This document shows, one piece after another, positions 26,697-34,698 of a stretch of 53,467 bases of DNA. The position numbers and the translations under genes were made by a program. The stretch is from Candidatus Dormiibacterota bacterium. Its GTDB lineage: Bacteria > Chloroflexota > Dormibacteria > Aeolococcales > Aeolococcaceae. Under the pieces are notes generated by a model. It made no database searches. It was not told the DNA's origin and was given only the letters and a program-made list of their open reading frames with translations. Numbering within the stretch: the stretch's first letter is position 1; every line of letters begins with the position of its first letter. The DNA lies in assembly GCA_036786805.1 (NCBI GenBank), contig DAIQQM010000002.1, positions 1 through 53,467 of the forward strand, given 5' to 3'.

Positions 26697-27221
26697 TCAC
26701 AGACGTCGACTCGACCACAAGCGGTTCAGCGCGTCGAGTTCGTCCTCGGTCGGGGCGTCGATGCCAGGGGGATCACGGTGGGTGGAGAGGCAACGTTGCG
26801 AGATCCGTCGGAGCAGCCGGTCCTCGACGCGCATCACGGCATCCATCCAGAGGATGGCGGAGGTGGGGTCACTCGACTCTCCACGTTGGAGCGCGGCGTG
26901 CCAGCGACGAAGCGCCTGGAGCGCCGCCACGACCCCCTCGTGTTTGTGCCAGCAGCTCGGGAAGCGCTCTGAAAGACCGAACGCACGGGCGAGCCAGTCG
27001 ACCCAATCCACGAACGACCCGAGGGAATCGCTCGGCTGCGCGCACTCGGCCGCGGCGGGGCTCCCGCCCGGCTGGGGTGCGGCGGCGTTGCTGAGATCGC
27101 CGACCCGGGTCCGTAGCTCGGCGACCTCTCCGGCGACGGACGCAAGCCCGACGTCGAGCTGTGCCGCCCATTTGGTGAGCGCTTCGATGCGGCCGGCTGT
27201 GCTGGTGCTCTTGGGCCTCAC
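26697..27221 (-). CDS. Hypothetical protein, DUF4913-like (relaxase-associated in actinobacterial elements)
   Basis: GTG overlaps the relaxase stop (GTGA at 27218-27221). The central FVDWVDWLARAFGL...CWHKHEGVVAALQALRRWH resembles the DUF4913 C-W-x-H core. This is a recollection-level assignment. Confidence 0.45.
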   Translation of the reverse strand: MRPKSTSTAGRIEALTKWAAQLDVGLASVAGEVAELRTRVGDLSNAAAPQPGGSPAAAECAQPSDSLGSFVDWVDWLARAFGLSERFPSCWHKHEGVVAALQALRRWHAALQRGESSDPTSAILWMDAVMRVEDRLLRRISQRCLSTHRDPPGIDAPTEDELDALNRLWSSRRL

Positions 27222-30160
27222 GCCGCGAGCTCCGGTCCGATCGCGGGCGCGAGCGCCTCTGCCTCGAGCAGCGCGTGGTATGGGTTGAGCAACGCCTTCG
27301 CGGCCTCTAATTCATCCGGGTTGATGCCCGGCGATAGAGGTGCCTGATCGGCGCCGTCGGGCCGCGCGTCGCGGGTGTGGCTGATGAGCTGCTGGAGCCG
27401 GTCCTCGGCCGCGTCGGTCTCGCGCAGCCACTGGTCCAGCCCCGTTCCCGGAGGCTGCTCGGACCAACGTTCGATCGCCAGCGCTGCCTCGAGCCGGGTT
27501 GCGAGCTCGCCAGGATCAGGAACGCCGAGGTCGGCAAGGGCGGCGCGCTGCGCTTCCGTCGCGGGCGCGTAAACGTCGAGCGCCGAGGGTGTGTGTTCTC
27601 GCTCGGCATCGCGATACCGGTCCGGGTAATCGAGCGCCGACTCGTTCTGCAGCGAGCGCTCCCACGAATGCACGATCCGCTCCTCTGTTGGTTGCCTCGG
27701 TGACGGGGCATGGCTGACGCCGAGGCGATCACGCTCGGGCGGGTGGGTCACGGCGTAGTAATGGGTGGCCTCGCTGCCGCGGGACATCGCCGTGTACGTC
27801 CACTCACGAGTGGCGCCGTCCGACCCCACGACGAGGGCGACCTCGGCGGTCATCCCCTGCGCCTTGTGGACGGTCATCGCGTAGCCGCGGTCGATCGCGT
27901 CGTACCGCGTGGTGTCAATGACCACCTGGCGATGATCCCCGCGCTCCAACATGAGCTTCTGCCGCTCGACGTCCACCGCGGTGACCGTCGCGCGGGTGCC
28001 GTTGCTCACGCCGTTGGCGCGGTCGTTGGCAAGGCAGAGGACCCGGTCGCCCGCTTGGTACTCCTTGCCGTCGACGGTCAGCGCGGGTCCGTGCACACGC
28101 CCGGCCTCGGCCGCGCGTGCCCGGGCGAGCTCGTTGAGGGCGGCAACCTCGTCGCGCCGCTGGGCCAGGATCACCGCGTCGACGCCCCGGTCCTCGAGCC
28201 GCGCATGCTCGGCGACCACCTCGGCGCGCTGGTCGGGCACCGACTCGGCGACGTGGATACGGCCGTGGCTCAGATACAGCTCGTAGGCGGCCCGGGCCTC
28301 ACCGTCGCGCACCAGCTGGAGCGCTGCTCGCTCCCAGGGCTCCTTCTGGCGCACGTTCTCGGTGACCAGCACCCTGCCGATGTGCTCTCCCAGGGTGCGC
28401 ATCGGTGCCCCTGCGCCAATGGGTTGGAGCTGCGAGGGGTCACCGACCACGACCAGCTTGGTGTTGTCCCGTGCCGAGAGGGAGACCAGCTCGGCAAGCT
28501 CGCGGTCGCCGATCATGCCCGCCTCATCGACGACGAGCACGCCGCTGGGTGGCAGGTGATCGACCTGGAGCTCGTGGAGCATGCCGGTGACCGTCCAGGT
28601 GGGGATGTCCGCGCCAGTTTCGAGCACATCTGCCGCCCTGCCCGCCAGCGCGCAGCCGACGACCTGGATGCCGGTGGCCTCGAACGCCTCGCGGCACACG
28701 TCCAGCGCGAAGGTCTTGCCCACCCCGGCGGCACCCTCGACGACGACCACCGCGGCCGGGCTCTGGCAGACGGTCCGGACCATCGATCGTTGGTCGGCAG
28801 TGAGGGTCGGCCGAGCCGCGATGGCTGCCTCGGTCTCCCTAGCGTGGGCGACACCGACGCACGCTCCCGATCGCTGCTGGGCGGTGGCGATCATGCCCCG
28901 CTCGATGCCGAGCATCTCCGGGGTGGTGTAGCGCAGCTCGTGGCCGGTGTCGACCCACCGGGCGATCGCGTCGACGTCGCGTTCTCCCTCGAGACGATGC
29001 GGCACGAGCGGCTGCACCGCGTCACGGTCGGCGAGGATCGAGTCGGCGGTGGCCTCGAGCTGGGCGCGACTCATTCCCAGCGGCGAGTGCGCGGCGACGC
29101 TGCGGATGACGTCGCGTCGGGTGAAGGTTGCGTACTGGGCGGTGAGCCCACGCTCGCCGAGCAGCTCGCTGCTGCGCTCCACGTCGAGCCGGCGCGGCTG
29201 GAGTGCCGCGGCCTCGCCCGCCAGCAAGGCCTGGATGCTGGCGGCATCGAGGCCCACGCCTGTGGCGCGATCCCGCCATTGGGCAAAGAGGTTCTCGGTG
29301 GGGGCGACCTCGTCCTTGCTCTCGCGGGTCGACACCACCGCCAGCTTGTGGCCGTAGGGTGAGTCGATGCCCAGCTGGCGCTCGAGCGCCTCGATCTGCT
29401 GAGTGCGCCGGGAGAACTCACGGCGCTGCGCATCGGTGATGCCGACGATGGAGAAGCAGCCCTTGCCGTCCACCACAGTGGAGATGCCGAGCTCGCGCAC
29501 CAGACGGTCGCGCCACTCCGCCTGAGCGATGGCACCGGCGGCCGCGGCGTGCTGGTACAGGCTCTCGCTGTACAGCTGACTCCAGCTCCCATCCGGTCGC
29601 TGCACCCACGTCGGCACCGTGACGTGCGTGTGCAGCTGCGGGTCAACCGTGACCCTCCCGGTGCTCGGATCGGTGACCGGCCGCGCTGTGCGGTGCACGA
29701 ATTCGGGCATGACCAACTTGGCGCGCACCGCCTCGGTCGTCCTGGTCTTCGGGTTGAACTGTCGGGCCCAGCCGGCGTTGGCCTGGAGATAGTCGGCGGC
29801 TGCCTGGACTCCCTCGGCGTGGATGCGCAGGATGGTGGCGCGGGTGCGTTCGTCGCCGAGTGCGTACAGGATGCTCACGTCCTTCGGTGCGGACACAGCG
29901 ACGTCGAACGCGACCACTGACTGCGTCCGCCAGTGTTTGCCGAGATCCTCACCCGTGCGTGGATGTGTACCACTGAGCACCGCGGCGAAGTCGGTGTCGA
30001 TCACCTCACCGCGCAGTCCGAGCGCCTCGGCGCCGGCGCCGTTCCAGCGTCCCGGCGACTCCCCGCGAGCCGTGTAGTACTCGAGCTGCTGGTGAGCGAT
30101 GGCCTCGCGGAGATACCGCACCGCGTGCTCGACGCTGGTGAGCTTGCCGATGGAGATCAT
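27218..30160 (-). CDS. MobF-family conjugative relaxase/helicase (TrwC/TraA-like)
   Basis: The N-terminal relaxase domain has QLEYYTARGE (Tyr pair) and the histidine triad region DPQLHTHVTV. It also has P-loop EGAAGVGKTF and RecD-like helicase motifs VVVGDPSQLQPIGAG and YAMTVHKAQGMT. Confidence 0.85.
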   Translation of the reverse strand: MISIGKLTSVEHAVRYLREAIAHQQLEYYTARGESPGRWNGAGAEALGLRGEVIDTDFAAVLSGTHPRTGEDLGKHWRTQSVVAFDVAVSAPKDVSILYALGDERTRATILRIHAEGVQAAADYLQANAGWARQFNPKTRTTEAVRAKLVMPEFVHRTARPVTDPSTGRVTVDPQLHTHVTVPTWVQRPDGSWSQLYSESLYQHAAAAGAIAQAEWRDRLVRELGISTVVDGKGCFSIVGITDAQRREFSRRTQQIEALERQLGIDSPYGHKLAVVSTRESKDEVAPTENLFAQWRDRATGVGLDAASIQALLAGEAAALQPRRLDVERSSELLGERGLTAQYATFTRRDVIRSVAAHSPLGMSRAQLEATADSILADRDAVQPLVPHRLEGERDVDAIARWVDTGHELRYTTPEMLGIERGMIATAQQRSGACVGVAHARETEAAIAARPTLTADQRSMVRTVCQSPAAVVVVEGAAGVGKTFALDVCREAFEATGIQVVGCALAGRAADVLETGADIPTWTVTGMLHELQVDHLPPSGVLVVDEAGMIGDRELAELVSLSARDNTKLVVVGDPSQLQPIGAGAPMRTLGEHIGRVLVTENVRQKEPWERAALQLVRDGEARAAYELYLSHGRIHVAESVPDQRAEVVAEHARLEDRGVDAVILAQRRDEVAALNELARARAAEAGRVHGPALTVDGKEYQAGDRVLCLANDRANGVSNGTRATVTAVDVERQKLMLERGDHRQVVIDTTRYDAIDRGYAMTVHKAQGMTAEVALVVGSDGATREWTYTAMSRGSEATHYYAVTHPPERDRLGVSHAPSPRQPTEERIVHSWERSLQNESALDYPDRYRDAEREHTPSALDVYAPATEAQRAALADLGVPDPGELATRLEAALAIERWSEQPPGTGLDQWLRETDAAEDRLQQLISHTRDARPDGADQAPLSPGINPDELEAAKALLNPYHALLEAEALAPAIGPELAA

Positions 30161-30390
30161 CGCGAGAACCCGTGTTGCACGAGTACCAGCGTAGGGGCGA
30201 AATGCCTACAGGCCGCTTACATTTTCGCCGTGGAACACTCGCCGCCACCACAGGTGTAATTGTCTGCTCGTGAATGCTGGGTGAGTGACTTCGGGATCGA
30301 GGGAAGTGAAGGCTGTGCGGGGTGAGTCCGGTGGTGGCGCCAGGCGATCGGGCGCAGAAGGCAAAAGCGGGTACGCATTGGTTGGGCGGC

Positions 30391-30440
30391 GATTCTGCGG
30401 TGATCGACATCGCAGCAATCCTGCGTCCTGCTGCAAGGGA
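30391..30440. promoter_or_regulatory. Candidate oriT core (hairpins plus ATCCTG motif) in the int-relaxase gap
   Basis: CTGCG(30395-30399)-N11-CGCAG(30411-30415) is followed by ATCCTG at 30418-30423, then GCAGCA-N11-TGCTGC. It lies in the 430-bp non-coding gap upstream of the relaxase gene. This is purely structural inference. Confidence 0.25.
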
Positions 30441-30590
30441 GATCGTTGATGCCCTAACTAACGCCACGCCAATAGACACGACGAGACCAGTCGAAAGCGG
30501 CGTGACAGGTAACCCAAGCGCCCTGGCTCCACCGCTAACCATCTCGCCCGATCCATGAGCGAATCCAGCGTGACCGCGACCCGGAGCGGC

Positions 30591-31760
30591 TCAGCGGCTC
30601 GTCGATTGCCCGGTTTGCTCGACGTCCAACACGTCGGCGAGACGCTGCGCAGCGACATCGTGCATCCCCGGGATCACGTGGCTGTAGGTCGCAAGCGTGA
30701 ACGCCACGTTGGCATGCCCCATCCGCTCCGAGACGAGCTTGGGGTGCTCGCCGGCGGCAAGCATCAGCGTCGCCATGCTGTGGCGGAGGCCGTGCAGGCG
30801 GATTCGGGGCAGGCCCGCTTGCTCCAGAACGCGATAGAAGTGATCCCGCAGCGTGGCGCCCAAAACTGGCCCCCCGACGTCGTTGGTGAAGACGAGATCG
30901 CGGTCCATCCACGTCGGCGCCGCGAGCCGGAGCTCGACCTGGCGCGACCCGTGCTGTCGTAGCTCCTCCAGCAGCTGGGTTGGGAGCGACAGCGGACGCT
31001 CCCCGCGGTGCGTCTTGGTCTCCTTGAAACGTGGAGTACCGTCCTCGGCCGGCAGGTCAAGCGCCTGGCGGACGCTCAGCCGGCCATGGTCCCAGTCGAT
31101 ATCGGACCACCGCACGGCGAGGAGCTCGCTGAGCCGAAGACCACAGAGCAGGGCGACCCGCAGCGGCAGTTCGTAACGCTCGGAGCGCAGGGCACGCAGG
31201 AGGACGCGCGCCTGATCCGGAGTGACCGAACGAATCTCTGTTCTCGGGATCACCGGTCGGTCGACGCCGTCCACCGGATTTACGGCGATGGCCTGCCACC
31301 GGACGGCGTGCGCCATTGCCCGATGAAGGACGGCGTGGACCTTCTGCACCGCAGCAGGTCCGAGCCCGCCTCCCGTGCGTCGGTTGCCCGAGACTCGAAG
31401 CTGCTGCTCGAGAGCGATGATGTGATGCGGCCGGAGCTTCTGGAGGGGCAGCTGGCCGACGAACGGGATGATGTCGAACTCAACGACTTCCCGGTACCGT
31501 CTCTGCGTGCTGAGGGCGAGCGAAGGCTCGACGTAGTCGCGGAACCAGCGACGGAGGAACTGCTCGACGGTCTCCCGGGTTGGGTCGCCGAACGCCCCGC
31601 CTGCGACGGCGGCGACCTGGGCGGCCGCAGCGTGCTCAGCGTCGCGCTTGGTGCCCCGAACCGTGAAGGTCCGTCGCTCCCGCCTCCCGGAACGCGGGTC
31701 GCGCCCGAGCTCCACGACGACCTCCCACGTACCCGTCGAGCGTCTGTGAATCCTGGCCAT
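30591..31760 (-). CDS. Tyrosine-type site-specific integrase
   Basis: Catalytic region pattern: GLRLSELLAVRW (Arg), LHGLRHSMATL (H-x-x-R), MGHANVAFTLATYSHV (Tyr). It is adjacent to tRNA-Glu. Confidence 0.9.
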   Translation of the reverse strand: MARIHRRSTGTWEVVVELGRDPRSGRRERRTFTVRGTKRDAEHAAAAQVAAVAGGAFGDPTRETVEQFLRRWFRDYVEPSLALSTQRRYREVVEFDIIPFVGQLPLQKLRPHHIIALEQQLRVSGNRRTGGGLGPAAVQKVHAVLHRAMAHAVRWQAIAVNPVDGVDRPVIPRTEIRSVTPDQARVLLRALRSERYELPLRVALLCGLRLSELLAVRWSDIDWDHGRLSVRQALDLPAEDGTPRFKETKTHRGERPLSLPTQLLEELRQHGSRQVELRLAAPTWMDRDLVFTNDVGGPVLGATLRDHFYRVLEQAGLPRIRLHGLRHSMATLMLAAGEHPKLVSERMGHANVAFTLATYSHVIPGMHDVAAQRLADVLDVEQTGQSTSR

Positions 31761-31819
31761 GAGGTGCCCTTTCCGTGTCGCGGCGTGCCGTTCGTTGTCA
31801 GCTCATGCCGCTCGGTGCG

Positions 31820-31839
31820 GCAACAAATGGGCAACAAAT
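31820..31839 (+). repeat. Tandem GCAACAAAT motifs, 11-bp phasing (second set of candidate arm-type sites)
   Basis: GCAACAAAT occurs at 31820-31828 and 31831-31839, between the integrase start and the att repeat. Orientation is the same as the set at 23041-23059. Confidence 0.4.
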
Positions 31840-31880
31840 GCGGCTCGTTCGCGCTACTGTAACACAGCCACGAGGGCATT

Positions 31881-31941
31881 TCGAGATCAAATCGGCCGTA
31901 CCCGCACGGGGAGTCGAACCCCGGTTACCACCTTGAAAGGG
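31881..31941. repeat. att repeat (tRNA-proximal), forms the 3' part of the intact tRNA-Glu
   Basis: It matches 22861-22921 with 2 mismatches, including a 47-bp perfect core. Confidence 0.85.
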
Positions 31942-31970
31942 TGGTGTCCTGACCGCTAGACGATGCGGGC
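31899..31970 (-). tRNA. tRNA-Glu (UUC anticodon)
   Basis: The reverse complement folds as GCCCGCA-TC-GTC-TAGCGGTCAG-GAC-A-CCACC-CTTTCAA-GGTGG-TAAC-CGGGG-TTCGACT-CCCCG-TGCGGGT-A. CCA is not encoded. Confidence 0.9.
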
Positions 31971-32049
31971 GCGACCGCCAATCTTAGGTTCGTGCGGGCA
32001 CGCCGCAGCCGACTGCAAAGCGAACTGAGCGCGCCGGTATACTCGCGGC

Positions 32050-32508
32050 ATGCCGGTCCGAGAGATTGTTGGCAAGACCGTGGGGTTCGGCCTCGTGGCC
32101 GCCGCGCTGATCGCGGGCGGCATCCTGGACCTGCTCGGCGGCCACGTCTACAACGACTACCTGAACACGGCGCTCGGGATCATCCTGATCGCCATGGGCC
32201 TGGCGACCGGTGGCCTCGGCACGTTCCTGATCGCAGGCATCCTCTATGAGGACAAACTCCGCCGTCAGGACGAGGAGGTGCACATCACGCCGCGCGGAAC
32301 GCCGCCGGCGCCGCCTCCCCCGTGGGGCATGGCCGACGTCGGCAAGCCGCCCGGCGTCGTCCGCGTCGGTGACGCCGCCACAACGTCAGGTGGCGGAGGG
32401 TCCCCGCGCGTCATGGCCGTGGTGGTGTCGAACCTCGACGCCCCGATGCTCATCGTCGGTCTGCTGGCATGGACGATCCTGACCCTCGTGCTCTTCGCGC
32501 CACACTGA
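32050..32508 (+). CDS. Hypothetical membrane protein (Pro-rich central linker)
   Basis: Three to four TM segments (VGFGLVAAALIAGGILDLL, IILIAMGLATGGLGTFLIAGIL, LIVGLLAWTILTLVLF) and GC3 bias. Confidence 0.55.
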   Translation: MPVREIVGKTVGFGLVAAALIAGGILDLLGGHVYNDYLNTALGIILIAMGLATGGLGTFLIAGILYEDKLRRQDEEVHITPRGTPPAPPPPWGMADVGKPPGVVRVGDAATTSGGGGSPRVMAVVVSNLDAPMLIVGLLAWTILTLVLFAPH

Positions 32509-32518
32509 GCTTGTCCTA

Positions 32519-33952
32519 GTGCCCGACGCGCGGGTTCGCACCCGTTTCGCGCCCTCACCCACCGGCGCGCTGCACTTCGGCTCCGTGCGCACCGCCCTCT
32601 TCGCGTGGCTTGCCGCCCGGCACGCCGGAGGCGACTTCATCCTGCGCATCGAGGACACCGACCAGGAACGCTACATACCCGGAACCGAGGCGCTCATCAT
32701 CGAGACGCTGAGCTGGCTGGGGCTCGACTACGACGAGGGCCCGGAACTCGGCGGGCCGCACGAGCCGTACATCCAGTCGTTGCGGATCGATACATACCGC
32801 GAGCATGCGGACCGGCTCGTCGCCGGCGGCCACGCGTACTGGTGCACGTGCACCCCGGTGCGGCTCGCCGCGATGCGCGATGCACAGCGCGCCCGCTCGG
32901 AGCCGACCCGGTACGACCGGCGCTGCCTCGCCCGCCAGAACGAGGTCGCGCAGGAACGCGCCGGCGGCATGGCCGCGGTGGTGCGCCTCCGGATGCCCGA
33001 GGGCGTCACCGAGTGGGACGACATCGTCCGCGGCCGGGTGAGCTTCAACAACGCGGACATCGACGACCAGGTGCTGCTCAAGTCCGACGGGTTTCCCACG
33101 TACCACCTCGCGGTGGTCGTCGACGATCACCTCATGGAGATCAGCCACGTGATCCGCTCCGACGAGTGGATCCCGTCGACACCCAAGCACCTTGCTCTGT
33201 ACGGGGCTTTCGGATGGGACGTCCCGCGGTTCGCGCACGTTCCGGCGGTGCTCGGCCCGGACCACCAGAAGCTCAGCAAGCGCCGCGGCGCCCGCAACGT
33301 CCTCGAGTACGGCGAGCTCGGGTATTTGCCGGCCGCAATCGTCAACGCAATCGCGCTCCTCGGATGGTCGTCGGGCGACGAGCAGGAGGTGTTCAGCCCC
33401 GAGGAGCTCTGCGAGCGGTTCACGCTCGAACGGGTCAATGCCGCCGCCGCTGTCTTCGATCCCAAGCGCCTCGATGACCTGAACGGGATCCACATCCGGC
33501 GCATGGCAACCGACGACCTTGTCGAGGCGCTCGAATTCCACCTGCCCGGTACCAGCAAGGAGACACGGCGGGCGCTGATCCCGATGCTGCGCGAGCGGAT
33601 GGTGACACTGGCCGACGCGACCCGCCTCTGCGCGCCCCTGCTCGGCGAGGTGCACATTGATCCCGGAGTCGCATTCCCGCCCAAGAAGGTCGATCAGGCC
33701 ACCGCCGTCGCCATGATCGACGCGTGCGTCGAGGCGGTCGAGGCAGGGGACCTCGAGAACCACGACGCCATGCTCGAGAAGGTCCGCGCCGTCGCCGACG
33801 GTGCCGGCGTGAAGTCCCGCGACGCCTTTCGCGTTCTCTACGTCGCGATCCTCGGGACCCCCGCCGGACTGCCGGTGATCGAGGCCATGGCGTTCCTCGG
33901 CAAGGACAAGACGCTGCAACGGCTCCGCGAGGCACGCGCCCGGCTGGGCTGA
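32519..33952 (+). CDS. gltX: Glutamate--tRNA ligase
   Basis: GTG start. HIGH-region PSPTGALHFGS and KMSKS-region KLSKR; GluRS-like over its full length. Confidence 0.92.
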   Translation: MPDARVRTRFAPSPTGALHFGSVRTALFAWLAARHAGGDFILRIEDTDQERYIPGTEALIIETLSWLGLDYDEGPELGGPHEPYIQSLRIDTYREHADRLVAGGHAYWCTCTPVRLAAMRDAQRARSEPTRYDRRCLARQNEVAQERAGGMAAVVRLRMPEGVTEWDDIVRGRVSFNNADIDDQVLLKSDGFPTYHLAVVVDDHLMEISHVIRSDEWIPSTPKHLALYGAFGWDVPRFAHVPAVLGPDHQKLSKRRGARNVLEYGELGYLPAAIVNAIALLGWSSGDEQEVFSPEELCERFTLERVNAAAAVFDPKRLDDLNGIHIRRMATDDLVEALEFHLPGTSKETRRALIPMLRERMVTLADATRLCAPLLGEVHIDPGVAFPPKKVDQATAVAMIDACVEAVEAGDLENHDAMLEKVRAVADGAGVKSRDAFRVLYVAILGTPAGLPVIEAMAFLGKDKTLQRLREARARLG

Positions 33953-33968
33953 CTCCGGACGGCGGTGG

Positions 33969-34475
33969 TCACAGACCGGGGCCGTCGATCCTCGAACCGG
34001 CATGACGCTCGGCGACCGAGGTGCGGTGTCTCCGGACGGGACGACGCGCCCCCGGCGCCTGCGCCTGCGGGTCCCGCCGCACCCTCGCCGCCGGTGCGGC
34101 GGAGGCGTGCGCTTCGCGACGAGGCGCTGACGGGGCGGGCGCTGACGGGGCGGGCGCCGACGGGGCGGGCGCCGCGGGTTCGGGCAACGACGGCGCGGGG
34201 GCCGCGGGTTCCGGCTCGGGATGGGCGTGGCGATGCGAGGCAGCGCCGATGCGTTCGACGAGCCGCTCCGCCAGAAGCAGCGCGGTTCGATCAAGTCCGG
34301 TTGCGTGGCCCGCCACCGCGACACCGATCACCACCGCGCTCACCGGCCAGAGCGCCGCGAACAGCGAGAGCCCGGAGAGCACCCCGAAGGCTGCAAGGAT
34401 TGGATGGCGGCGGACGTAGGACGGCGGTGCGGCGGCCGGAGCGGGGGTCGTGGAACGGTCGTCTGTGATGGTCAT
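33969..34475 (-). CDS. Hypothetical membrane protein with Pro/Ala repeat tail
   Basis: The N-terminal half has two TM segments (ILAAFGVLSGLSLFAALWPVSAVVIGVAVAG). The tail contains (SAPAP)n encoded by a 15-bp tandem repeat. There is no obvious RBS, and other frames are also open here. Confidence 0.4.
   Translation of the reverse strand: MTITDDRSTTPAPAAAPPSYVRRHPILAAFGVLSGLSLFAALWPVSAVVIGVAVAGHATGLDRTALLLAERLVERIGAASHRHAHPEPEPAAPAPSLPEPAAPAPSAPAPSAPAPSAPRREAHASAAPAARVRRDPQAQAPGARRPVRRHRTSVAERHAGSRIDGPGL
34126..34215. repeat. 15-bp tandem repeat (3 near-perfect plus 3 degenerate units)
   Basis: GCTGACGGGGCGGGC occurs at 34126 and 34141, and GCCGACGGGGCGGGC at 34156, followed by degenerate units. 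It is in phase with codons (a 5-aa repeat on the minus strand). Confidence 0.7.
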
Positions 34476-34698
34476 GTCACGAGGCTATGTGAGGGCGCGG
34501 GACAGGTCGCGGACCAAACAAATTCAGGTCTGACCTCGCCGTTCCGGTGTCGTTACCACGCTGTGACGCTCCCGTGGACGGGCGCGGCGTGATGTCGCGA
34601 CACAATCGACCTGCCGGTCGCGGGGGCTGACCGTGGACGTGGAGTCGACAGGAGGTCGTTTTGCGAATGTTCAGGGGACAGCCGCGTCGTGACGTGAC

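Larger units (their letters stand above)
22861..31941. mobile_element. Integrative mobilizable element (~9.1 kb) inserted in the 3' end of tRNA-Glu
   Basis: It is bounded by 61-bp direct repeats (2 mismatches) at 22861-22921 and 31881-31941. It contains a tyrosine integrase next to the intact tRNA, an excisionase, a MobF relaxase and a TA pair. No T4SS or FtsK-like translocase gene lies inside it. Confidence 0.8.

Noticed and set aside
31899-33952. Functional link between tRNA-Glu and the nearby gltX (its cognate synthetase)
   Set aside because: They are on opposite strands, separated by an unrelated membrane-protein gene. The adjacency is most simply coincidental.
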